Positions 48,191 through 56,659 of a DNA stretch of 60,511 bases are shown here, one piece after another. Position 1 is the stretch's first letter, and every line of letters begins with the position of its first letter. The stretch covers positions 1 to 60,511 of the forward strand of contig JANRJK010000018.1 in the NCBI GenBank assembly GCA_033764015.1, given 5' to 3'. Source of the DNA: Candidatus Sumerlaeia bacterium (GTDB taxonomy: Bacteria; Sumerlaeota; Sumerlaeia; SLMS01; JANRJK01). Both the position numbers and the translations under genes were made by a program. Below the pieces are notes generated by a model. That model was not told where the DNA came from and did not search any database. It was given only the letters and a program-made list of their open reading frames with translations.

Positions 48191-50788
48191 ATGGACATCA
48201 ACAAGTTCACCCAGAAGTCGCAGGAGGCGCTCGCAAGCGCCCAGTCCCTCGCTGTTTCCTTCGGACACACCGAGGTCGACGGAGAGCACCTGCTGCTAGC
48301 GCTGCTCGACCAGCCGGAAGGTCTTGTGTCGCGGCTGCTCCAGCGCATGGAGGTGCCGCTCCCCGCGCTGCGCCGGGCGGTCGAGCGCGAGCTGGCGAAG
48401 CTCCCAAAGGTCGCCGGCGCCGGTATCGAGCCCGGGCGCGTCGCCATCACGCAGCGCCTCGCCAAGACGCTGGTCGCCGCCGAGAAGGAGGCGAAGCGAC
48501 TGAAGGACGAGTATGTGTCCGTCGAGCACCTCGCGCTGGCGCTGCTCGCGGGCGAGGGCGGTGCCGCGCGCGCGCTCAAGGAAGCCGGCGTCGCCCCGGA
48601 CGCGTTCCTCAAGGCGCTCACCGACGTCCGCGGCAACCAGCGCGTGCAGTCCGCCAACCCGGAGGCCACCTACGAGGCGCTCGACCGCTACGGGCGCGAC
48701 CTGGTCGCCATGGCCCGCGACGGCAAGCTCGATCCGGTGATCGGCCGCGACGAGGAGATCCGCCGCGTGATCCGCATCCTGTCGCGCAAGACGAAGAACA
48801 ACCCGGTGCTCATCGGCGAGCCCGGCGTCGGCAAGACCGCCGTCGCCGAGGGGCTCGCGCAGCGCATCGTCCGCGGCGACGTCCCCGAGGGCCTGAAGGA
48901 CAAGACGGTCTTCGCCCTCGACATGGGGGCGTTGATCGCAGGCGCCAAGTACCGCGGCGAGTTCGAGGAGCGCCTGAAGGCGGTGCTCAACGAAGTGCGC
49001 AGCGCCGAGGGGCGCATCATCCTCTTCATCGACGAGCTGCACACGATCGTCGGCGCCGGCAAGGCGGAGGGCGCCATGGACGCCGGCAACATGCTGAAGC
49101 CGATGCTCGCCCGCGGCGAACTCCACTGCATCGGCGCCACGACGCTCGACGAGTACCGCCAGCACATCGAAAAGGACGCCGCGCTCGAGCGCCGCTTCCA
49201 GCCGGTGCTCGTCGCCGAGCCCTCCGTCGAGGACGCCATCTCGATCCTGCGCGGGCTCCGCGAACGCTTCGAGGTCCACCACGGCGTGAAGATCCAGGAC
49301 AACGCGCTCGTGAGCGCGGCGGTCCTCTCGCACCGCTACATCTCCGACCGCTTCCTCCCCGACAAGGCGATCGACCTCGTGGACGAGGCGTGCGCGATGC
49401 TCCGCACGGAGATCGACTCGATGCCCACGGAGCTGGACACGGCGACGCGGCGCGTGATGCAGCTCGAGATCGAGGAGGCCGCGCTGAAGAAGGAGAAGGA
49501 CGACGCCAGCCGCGCCCGCCTGAAGGAACTCCAGAAGGAACTGGCGGACCAGCGCGCCAAGGCCGACGCGCTCCGCGCCCAGTACGAAACCGAGAAGGTC
49601 GCCATCAAGAAACTGCAGGACCTCCGCGGGCAGATCGAGTCGCTCCGCCGCGACATCGAGCTCGCCGAGCGCGCCTACGACCTGAACCGCGCGGCGGAGC
49701 TGAAGCACGGACGCCTGCCGCAGCTCGAGGCGCAGCTCGCCGCCGAGGAGAAGGCGGTCGCCGCGGGCGGCGGCGGACCCCGCCTGCTCCGCGAAGAGGT
49801 CACCGGTGAGGAGATCGCCGAGATCGTCGCCCGCTGGACGAACATCCCGGTGACGCGCCTGCTCGAAGGCGAGCGCGAGAAGCTGCTCCGCCTGCCGGAG
49901 GTGCTCCACCAGCGCGTGGTCGGCCAGGACGAAGCGGTGCGCCTGGTGGCCGATGCGGTGCTGCGCTCGCGCGCGGGCATCTCCGATCCGCGCCGCCCCG
50001 TCGGCTCGTTCCTCTTCCTCGGCCCCACCGGCGTCGGCAAGACGGAGCTGGCCAAGACCCTCGCCGCGACGCTCTTCGACACGGACGAGAACCTGATCCG
50101 CATCGACATGTCGGAATACATGGAGAAGCACTCGGTCTCGCGCCTGATCGGCGCGCCCCCGGGCTACATCGGCTACGACGAAGGCGGCCAGCTCACCGAA
50201 GCGGTACGCCGCCGCCCCTACTCCGTGATCCTCTTCGACGAGGTCGAAAAGGCGCACCCCGACGTGTTCCACACGCTGCTGCAGCTCCTCGACGACGGAC
50301 GCCTCACCGACTCGCAGGGCCACGTGGTGAACTTCAAGAACACGGTGGTGATCATGACGAGCAACATCGGCGCGCCGTTCCTGATGGAGGGCATCACCGA
50401 GTCGGGCGAGATCCGCTCCGCGGCCCGCGACGCCGTGATGCGCGAGCTGCGCGCGCACTTACGCCCCGAGTTCCTGAACAGCGTGGACGACATCGTGCTG
50501 TTCAAGCCGCTCCGTCCGGCGGAGATCGAGCGGATCGTGCTGCTGATGACGGAGGACATCCGCCGCCGCCTCGCGGAGCGCCGCATCGGCCTTGAACTCT
50601 CCCCCGCCGCGCTCGCGTTCATCGCGCGCGAGGGCTACGACCCGGTCTACGGCGCCCGCCCGCTGCGCCGCTTCCTCCAGCGCGAACTGGAAACCCCCAT
50701 CGCCCGCACCCTCATCGGCGGCCTCGCCAAGGAAGGCGGCGCGATCCGCGTGGATGAGCGGGGCGGCGTGCTGGAGGTGGGGGGTTGA
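48191..50788 (+). CDS. clpB: ATP-dependent disaggregase ClpB
   Basis: [14 protein letters not shown], two Walker A motifs ([16 protein letters not shown]), long M-domain, [33 protein letters not shown]. Confidence 0.97.
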   Translation: MDINKFTQKSQEALASAQSLAVSFGHTEVDGEHLLLALLDQPEGLVSRLLQRMEVPLPALRRAVERELAKLPKVAGAGIEPGRVAITQRLAKTLVAAEKEAKRLKDEYVSVEHLALALLAGEGGAARALKEAGVAPDAFLKALTDVRGNQRVQSANPEATYEALDRYGRDLVAMARDGKLDPVIGRDEEIRRVIRILSRKTKNNPVLIGEPGVGKTAVAEGLAQRIVRGDVPEGLKDKTVFALDMGALIAGAKYRGEFEERLKAVLNEVRSAEGRIILFIDELHTIVGAGKAEGAMDAGNMLKPMLARGELHCIGATTLDEYRQHIEKDAALERRFQPVLVAEPSVEDAISILRGLRERFEVHHGVKIQDNALVSAAVLSHRYISDRFLPDKAIDLVDEACAMLRTEIDSMPTELDTATRRVMQLEIEEAALKKEKDDASRARLKELQKELADQRAKADALRAQYETEKVAIKKLQDLRGQIESLRRDIELAERAYDLNRAAELKHGRLPQLEAQLAAEEKAVAAGGGGPRLLREEVTGEEIAEIVARWTNIPVTRLLEGEREKLLRLPEVLHQRVVGQDEAVRLVADAVLRSRAGISDPRRPVGSFLFLGPTGVGKTELAKTLAATLFDTDENLIRIDMSEYMEKHSVSRLIGAPPGYIGYDEGGQLTEAVRRRPYSVILFDEVEKAHPDVFHTLLQLLDDGRLTDSQGHVVNFKNTVVIMTSNIGAPFLMEGITESGEIRSAARDAVMRELRAHLRPEFLNSVDDIVLFKPLRPAEIERIVLLMTEDIRRRLAERRIGLELSPAALAFIAREGYDPVYGARPLRRFLQRELETPIARTLIGGLAKEGGAIRVDERGGVLEVGG

Positions 50789-51083
50789 GTGAACCGGGTT
50801 CAGTCAGGAGATAGGCAAGACATTCGGGTCATGACATGGATAACGCTCGGTCGCGTTCTGGTTCGCGGTCGGGCGGGCGGCGGCTCCCGGATGGCCTAAG
50901 CACGCTCGCGTGCCGAGCGTCCCTGGCCCCCGCGCGGCGGGGAGAATTCTCGCGCGGTGCCTCGCGGGGGCCATGTTCTTACATCGCTTCTTTTTCCTTG
51001 TGGCAACGCTCACCGTGCGAGGCTAAGATGCCCGCGGCCGTACCCATCGTGCCTTCCGGCACTGCCACACACGGAGGCTTCAC

Positions 51084-52928
51084 ATGCCACTTCGCAAGTC
51101 CCCTATCCATGCCGCCTTCCTCGCCTGCCTTCTGGCGGGCGGGGTGGTGCCAAGTTCCGCGCAAGCAGGCAGTGATGAGCTGGCCGCGCGCCTTGAAGCG
51201 GAGGCGGCACGCCGTGCCGCCGAGGTCGAGGCGTTCTCCGCCCGTACCGGAATCCCGGTCCGGATCCAGGACGAGGGTGGCGCAGTCGCGGGCCTCGACC
51301 GGATTCTCCCCGGGCGTGCGCCGATGTTCCTCGTCACGCACAACGTCAATTCAGCGATCTCGACCAACGCCCACCAGGTGCGGGGCAACCCCGCATTCCT
51401 CTCCGTCGACGGCACGGGGGTGACCGTAGGCGTCTGGGACGACGGCATCGTGCGAGGCACCCACCAGGAGTTCGACCCTCCCTCCGGCCCCTCGCGCGTC
51501 ACTGTGATCGACGGTGCCTCGATCCTCTCCAACCATGGGACACACATGGCCGGCACCCTCGCCGCGGCCGGTGTGGATCCTAACGCACTCGGCATGGCTC
51601 CCGGATCGCTCGTGTGGACCGCGGACTTCTTCGACGACGTTTCCGAGGTGGCGCTGGTGGCCGCGGATGCGCCCGGCCAGACGAACCGCCTCTACCATTC
51701 GAACCACTCCTACGGATTCGTGGCAGGCTGGGCCACTGGCAACTTCGGAGCGGGCTTCGGCCGGTACTGGATGGGCACCTGGGGCCAGGCCGAGGACACC
51801 GGCTTCGGGTTCTACGACAGCTCCGCGCGCGACCTCGACGAGCTCGCGTTCAGCAACCCCTACTACCTGCACTTCAAGGCCGCCGGCAATGACCGCCTCG
51901 ACGGACCACCCGCGCCGGGGGGCGTCTTCTTCCGCTGGGACCCGGTTGCCTCGGCGTGGACGCCGGAAAACTACAACCCCGCGGTCCACCCGGGCTCCGA
52001 CGGCAACAGCGGGACCGGCTACGACAGCATCTCCTTCAACGGAATCGCGAAGAACATCGTCACCGTCGGAGCCGTCGCCGACGCCGTCCTCAACGGCGAA
52101 CGCGACCTCCCCTCCGCTGTCAATCTCGGCCTCTCGAGCTGGGGTCCTGCGGACGATGGGCGCCTCAAGCCCGACGTGGTCGGCAATGGCTTGTTTGTGT
52201 ACTCCTCGATGGCTGTCTTCGACGCCGACTACAGCAATGGCTCCGGCACCTCGACCGCGACCCCGAACGTCGCAGGGACCGCCTCGCTCCTGATCGATTT
52301 CTACCGCCGGCGCTTCCCGGGCGGCGACATGCTCGCCTCGACGCTGAAAGGTCTGATCATCCACACCGCCGATGACATCGGCCCCGCGGGACCCGATTAC
52401 CAGAACGGCTTTGGCCTCGTGAACGGCCTCGCGGCCGCGCAACAGATCCAAGCCCACGCGGACGAGCCCAACGACCTGTTCATGCGGGAGGACTCGCTCA
52501 CCGACGCCACCGATACGGTCGACGACTTCCTGTTCATCTGGGACGGCTCCAGCCCCATCGTCGCGACGATCTGCTGGACCGATCCCGCAGGAGTGCCGCT
52601 CGACGCCAGCGGCGGCCCCGACCAGAGCACGCGCCAGCTCGTCAACGATCTCGACATCTCGATCATCGGGCCGGACTCCACCGTCTACCGGCAGTGGAGG
52701 CTCGATGGCACCAATCCCTCCGCCCTCGCGACCACCGGCGATAACGACGTGGATAACGTCCGCCAAGTCCGCATCGACGCTCCCGCCGGTGCCACCAGCG
52801 GCTGGACGCTCCGGGTCGAGTCCGACGGGCCGATCCTGAATGGCCCCCAAGTCTACTCGATCTTCCTCAGCGGCCAGTCGGGCCTGTTGGAACCTGCCGG
52901 TGTGAAATCGTGGCAGAACTACCGCTGA
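51084..52928 (+). CDS. secreted S8 (subtilase) serine peptidase
   Basis: Signal peptide; VGVWDDG, NHGTHMAG, AAGND, LKPDVV, GTSTATP; C-terminal beta domain; ends AGVKSWQNYR. Confidence 0.93.
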   Translation: MPLRKSPIHAAFLACLLAGGVVPSSAQAGSDELAARLEAEAARRAAEVEAFSARTGIPVRIQDEGGAVAGLDRILPGRAPMFLVTHNVNSAISTNAHQVRGNPAFLSVDGTGVTVGVWDDGIVRGTHQEFDPPSGPSRVTVIDGASILSNHGTHMAGTLAAAGVDPNALGMAPGSLVWTADFFDDVSEVALVAADAPGQTNRLYHSNHSYGFVAGWATGNFGAGFGRYWMGTWGQAEDTGFGFYDSSARDLDELAFSNPYYLHFKAAGNDRLDGPPAPGGVFFRWDPVASAWTPENYNPAVHPGSDGNSGTGYDSISFNGIAKNIVTVGAVADAVLNGERDLPSAVNLGLSSWGPADDGRLKPDVVGNGLFVYSSMAVFDADYSNGSGTSTATPNVAGTASLLIDFYRRRFPGGDMLASTLKGLIIHTADDIGPAGPDYQNGFGLVNGLAAAQQIQAHADEPNDLFMREDSLTDATDTVDDFLFIWDGSSPIVATICWTDPAGVPLDASGGPDQSTRQLVNDLDISIIGPDSTVYRQWRLDGTNPSALATTGDNDVDNVRQVRIDAPAGATSGWTLRVESDGPILNGPQVYSIFLSGQSGLLEPAGVKSWQNYR

Positions 52929-53245
52929 TGAACGGGGTGGGACGCTGGAGGTGGGCGCGGGACCTGAAACTCAGGACCTCCGCCCGACCCTTCTACAGAT
53001 AACCCCCCAATCCCAGCCACGAAGCATCACCGGATGATCCACGGCCCTCCGAGGGACCTTCCCCGCTTCATGGAGGGCAGTCACACCGAGGGGCTGCAAA
53101 CACCCAGCTCTCAGGCATTTCCCGAGCCTGTTTCCGACGGCTCCTTGGCTGATTGGGATTAGCCCGATGAGCAACCTTCCTGACCGAGAGGAGCATTCGA
53201 ACCAAAATGGCAAAGCAGCACACTCCTTCCAAGGCTATCCGGACA

Positions 53246-53692
53246 ATGAGGCAATCCACTTCCCTGCGGTGGGCGTGCCTGGTTTCGCTCGCCCTCACGT
53301 CCTCCCACCTCTTCGCGATTTCCGGCAGCGGCACGTCGGCCGCCGGATCGCTCGACACCGTTGCCCCGGTCGCGGGGTCGCTCACGGCGCCCGCCGCGGT
53401 CGCCACGACGGCGATGGTCAACTACTCCGGCGCCAGCGACGCTTCCGGCATCGCCCGCGTGGAGCTTTGGGCGCGCGAAGACGCCGCCTCCTGGGCGTTT
53501 ACGTCGCTCTTCGAAACGGCGGTTCTGGGCTTCTTCAACTACACGCCCGGCGCCACGGGAACCTACTACTTCGAGCTTGTCGCCGAGGACACCCTCGGCA
53601 ACCGCAGCGCCGCGCCCTCCGGCTCGATCGGCACCGGGCAGGCCACCACGAACTTCCACAACAGCGTGGAAGACTGGAGCTTGTTCAACTAA
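53246..53692 (+). CDS. small secreted Ig-like protein
   Basis: Signal peptide; LDTVAP...ASDASGIARVELW...GTYYFELVAEDTLGN; ends NSVEDWSLFN; TAATG coupling to next gene. Confidence 0.8.
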   Translation: MRQSTSLRWACLVSLALTSSHLFAISGSGTSAAGSLDTVAPVAGSLTAPAAVATTAMVNYSGASDASGIARVELWAREDAASWAFTSLFETAVLGFFNYTPGATGTYYFELVAEDTLGNRSAAPSGSIGTGQATTNFHNSVEDWSLFN

Positions 53693-55104
53693 TGAAATCG
53701 CTCCGCTCTCTTTCCCTCCTCGCGGCCCTCGCTCTTCCGGCGGCGCTCTTCGCGCAGCCCGTCGTCAGCAACGTCGCCTTCGTCCAGCAACCGGACGGCG
53801 CCGGTTCCACGCGCGTTCGCGTGAATTACGACCTCGCTTCCCCGAACGGCAACGCGACGGTGTCGCTGCTTTACTCGACCAACGGCGGCACTAGCTTCTC
53901 CGCCGCCACCACCACTACAGGCGCCGTGGGCGCGGGCGTGACGCCGGGCACCGGCAAGACCATCGACTGGGCCGTGGCTACGGACCTTCCCGGACTGCAG
54001 CTAGCGGGGAACTTCGTCGTGCGCGTATTCGCCGAAGACGGCGCGCCGATCCCGCTCGAGATCACCAGCAACGGCGGCGCCGTGCATCAGCTCGGCACGC
54101 AGGTGCTGACCTTCACCTTCGCGGAGCCGGTAACCGGTTTCGACGCCGCCGACGTGACGGTGACGAACGGGACCAAGGGCGCCTTCGCCGGTTCCGGCGC
54201 GGTGTACACGCTGGAGGTCACCAGCCCCGGCGGCGCGGTCACGGCCGCGGTGCCAGGGGGCGCGGCCACCTCGGTGGCGAGCGGAGTCGCCACGCTCGGC
54301 GACACGCTCTCCAACTTCTACCAGGACACCTGGACCGTCACACTGCGGACAACTCCCTCGCTCGTGACAATGGACCTGATCCGCATCCCGGCGGGGACGT
54401 TCGAGATGGGGTCGCCTGCCACCGAACTCTCCCGCGCAGGCGACGAAACCCAGCACACGGTGACGCTGTCGCAGGACTTCTACCTCGGGAAGACGGAGGT
54501 GACACAGCAGCAGTGGCTGGCGATCCGTGGCTCCTTCACGCTGGGCCAGGCCCATGGCACGAATGACAACCTTGCGGTCCACTTCGTCTCGCACGACGAC
54601 ATTATGAATCCTTTGACGGGTTTAATGAAGCTGCTCAACGACCACCTCACGGCCACAAGCCAAGGACCCGCAACGGCGACGCTGCCGACGGAATCGCAGT
54701 GGGAGTACGCCTGCCGAGCGGGCACCACGACGCGGTTCAGCTTCGGCGACGGCCTGCACCCCACGGACGATGAGGGCTGCGGCACGACCACCGAGCGCAC
54801 CGGCAACATGTGGTACTGCGGGAACAACTCACCGACCGGAACGAAGATCGTTGGCCAGAAGCCCGCGAACGCCTGGGGCTTGTGGGACATGCACGGCAAC
54901 CTGTCGGAATGGTGCTCCGACTGGGCTGACGCGTATCCGGGAACCGTCACCGATCCGACCGGGCCTGCTTCCGGCAGTTTCCGCATTTTCCGCGGCGGCA
55001 ACTGGAACAACAACGCCCGCGATTGCCGGTCGGCCCGGCGCAACGATTTCTCGCCGTCTATCCGGAGCACCAGCATCGGGTTCCGTGTCCTCGCAGTCCG
55101 GTAA
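53692..55104 (+). CDS. secreted Ig-like + FGE-sulfatase (CLec-fold) protein; candidate DGR target
   Basis: Signal peptide; IPAGTFEMGS, TEVTQQQW, LPTESQWEYACRAGT, NAWGLWDMHGN..EWC, RGGNWNNNA..CRSA.R...IGFRV. Confidence 0.9.
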   Translation: MKSLRSLSLLAALALPAALFAQPVVSNVAFVQQPDGAGSTRVRVNYDLASPNGNATVSLLYSTNGGTSFSAATTTTGAVGAGVTPGTGKTIDWAVATDLPGLQLAGNFVVRVFAEDGAPIPLEITSNGGAVHQLGTQVLTFTFAEPVTGFDAADVTVTNGTKGAFAGSGAVYTLEVTSPGGAVTAAVPGGAATSVASGVATLGDTLSNFYQDTWTVTLRTTPSLVTMDLIRIPAGTFEMGSPATELSRAGDETQHTVTLSQDFYLGKTEVTQQQWLAIRGSFTLGQAHGTNDNLAVHFVSHDDIMNPLTGLMKLLNDHLTATSQGPATATLPTESQWEYACRAGTTTRFSFGDGLHPTDDEGCGTTTERTGNMWYCGNNSPTGTKIVGQKPANAWGLWDMHGNLSEWCSDWADAYPGTVTDPTGPASGSFRIFRGGNWNNNARDCRSARRNDFSPSIRSTSIGFRVLAVR

Positions 55105-55126
55105 GCGGGCCAAGTGAGCGAGAGGC

Positions 55127-55188
55127 CGGGTGGGTGCTGCGTGCCGACGGTCGAGAGGTCGGGCAGAGCGAGAGCATACACCCACCCG
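55127..55188. repeat. inverted repeat 22 bp downstream of the FGE gene stop
   Basis: CGGGTGGGTG (55127-36) / CACCCACCCG (55179-88) with inner CCGAC/GTCGG stem. Confidence 0.6.
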
Positions 55189-55344
55189 CGGCTTCGCCGC
55201 GCAGGCGGAGTGGCGAACGGCGAAGAGCGAATGGGAAAACAGGCCCCGGCGCACGATAATGCGGTGACCCGGGGCCATTCTCCGCATCGAGCGTCGGGCA
55301 ACGCGGCAGGGGTGCCACAGCCGCTCGTCATACCCCGACATAGT

Positions 55345-55430
55345 GGAACCCCTGCCGGGGTCCGTTTCCGATGGTTTTCCCCACCCCGCGTAGAGACGCG
55401 CGGCTACGATGATGGCGCCACTGCCGGGAC
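55345..55430. repeat. REP-like multi-hairpin element
   Basis: GGAACCCCTGCCGGGGTCC...CCGCGTAGAGACGCGCGGCTA...CCGGGAC resembles RAYT/IS200-associated REP architecture. Confidence 0.45.
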
Positions 55431-55671
55431 GGCTCGCCGTGCCGACTGGCCTGTCGCCATCCTCACTCCAAGCGGCGGGCCGCGGCCGGGGACCGCGGAC
55501 GGCGGTCGGGTGGCGGAGGATCCCGTCCTCCCAACTAGGCTGAGCCCGCGGCCAGGGAGGGAGTATCCACGAGTGCCTTGTCGCTCCCGTCGGGCGCGTC
55601 GCGCGGGAGCGGCGCAGGCTCGAGCCGGCCATCCGCGGCGGCCCGCTCCACGCATTGGCTGATTCCGACCG

Positions 55672-55688
55672 TTGGCATCAACTTCGCG
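55672..55688 (+). promoter_or_regulatory. putative sigma-54 promoter
   Basis: TTGGCATCAACTTCGCG = GG-N10-GC, upstream of the 42-aa ORF. Confidence 0.5.
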
Positions 55689-55751
55689 CTTTAAAGTTCA
55701 GCAGCGCGGGGCCAAGGCTGTTTGGATCTCTACGAAAGGAGGAACAGCAGC

Positions 55752-55880
55752 ATGGACTTCGACAAGAAGCCGAACGATCAGCGGCCCGACGTCAAGAGCA
55801 CGAACATTCCAGGGAAGCGGACGGACAAGGACAACCGCGCAGGGCAGATGGACCCGAAGAAGAAGGGCAACAAAAGGTAG
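55752..55880 (+). CDS. 42-aa hydrophilic small protein (not in ORF track)
   Basis: AAAGGAGG RBS; MDFDKKPNDQRPDVKSTNIPGKRTDKDNRAGQMDPKKKGNKR*. Confidence 0.65.
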   Translation: MDFDKKPNDQRPDVKSTNIPGKRTDKDNRAGQMDPKKKGNKR

Positions 55881-56047
55881 TCCCCACTTAGAGCGTTGAA
55901 CCCCCGGCGGGCGCCGCAGGAGGACTCCACGTTGAACGAAGCCATTTTCCGGTATTGGGCCGCGACGAGGGCGCGCCGCGCCCGCAAGGGCCGGTTGCAG
56001 GGGGGTGCGGCGGGTCGATAGCTACGCTCCCTGTGGAGCGCCTACGG

Positions 56048-56479
56048 TCAGACCGTGTAGCGCTCCTTCCAACTGGCCGGAAAGGTCAGGCGGTTCGCGT
56101 AGACGAACCGGATGAGCTGGCCGTGGTGCTGCACCTCGTGTTCGAGAAGATCAAGGGCGAGCCCGAGCTGGGCGGGCATCAGCCCGGCGGCGTCCACTTG
56201 GTGAAGCGCGCCGCTGGTGGCTTCGAGGGCCTCGAGCACCGATTGCTTGTTTTGCGGCGACCTTAGGCTGCAATTGAAGCCCTGCCAACAGCCCGAGGCG
56301 ATCGCGCGGAGGTAGCTCTCGCGCGCGCCGACGATACACCAGAGCTGCCCCCCGATCCGGTTCGACGGCAGGCCCGGCAGATCCAACCCCAACGCGGCCT
56401 CGTCGAGGTGCGCGACGAGGTCGTGTGTGAGGGCGAACGCCCTTGTGAACCGTGAGGTGAGTTCCGTGCTCATCGTCAT
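56048..56479 (-). CDS. DinB-like four-helix protein
   Basis: SNRIGGQLWCIVGARESY...LLEHEVQHHGQL. Confidence 0.75.
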   Translation of the reverse strand: MTMSTELTSRFTRAFALTHDLVAHLDEAALGLDLPGLPSNRIGGQLWCIVGARESYLRAIASGCWQGFNCSLRSPQNKQSVLEALEATSGALHQVDAAGLMPAQLGLALDLLEHEVQHHGQLIRFVYANRLTFPASWKERYTV

Positions 56480-56659
56480 CCCCTCTCGAATGCTGCTACC
56501 ATCCGTGCTGAGCGGGTCAGGTGCTCCCCCGCCGCCCGGGGGACTGACAACCGGATTGGTCGCTGGCCCGCCACTCGCTCCCTCTCAGGCGGTGTGTTCT
56601 TATCGTGACCCGCCCGCCCGCCGGTGGCGCTATGGCGACGCCGCGCGGGCGGCATTCCG

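Noticed and set aside
53692..55104. Active formylglycine-generating enzyme
   Set aside because: The RGGS(F/W)LC...YC catalytic Cys pair is absent (RGGNWNNNA), and the protein has an Ig stalk; a binding role fits better.
55105..56050. DGR template repeat, RT or avd next to the FGE gene
   Set aside because: No AAC-rich second copy of the VR and no RT motifs (YxDD) seen here or elsewhere in the window.
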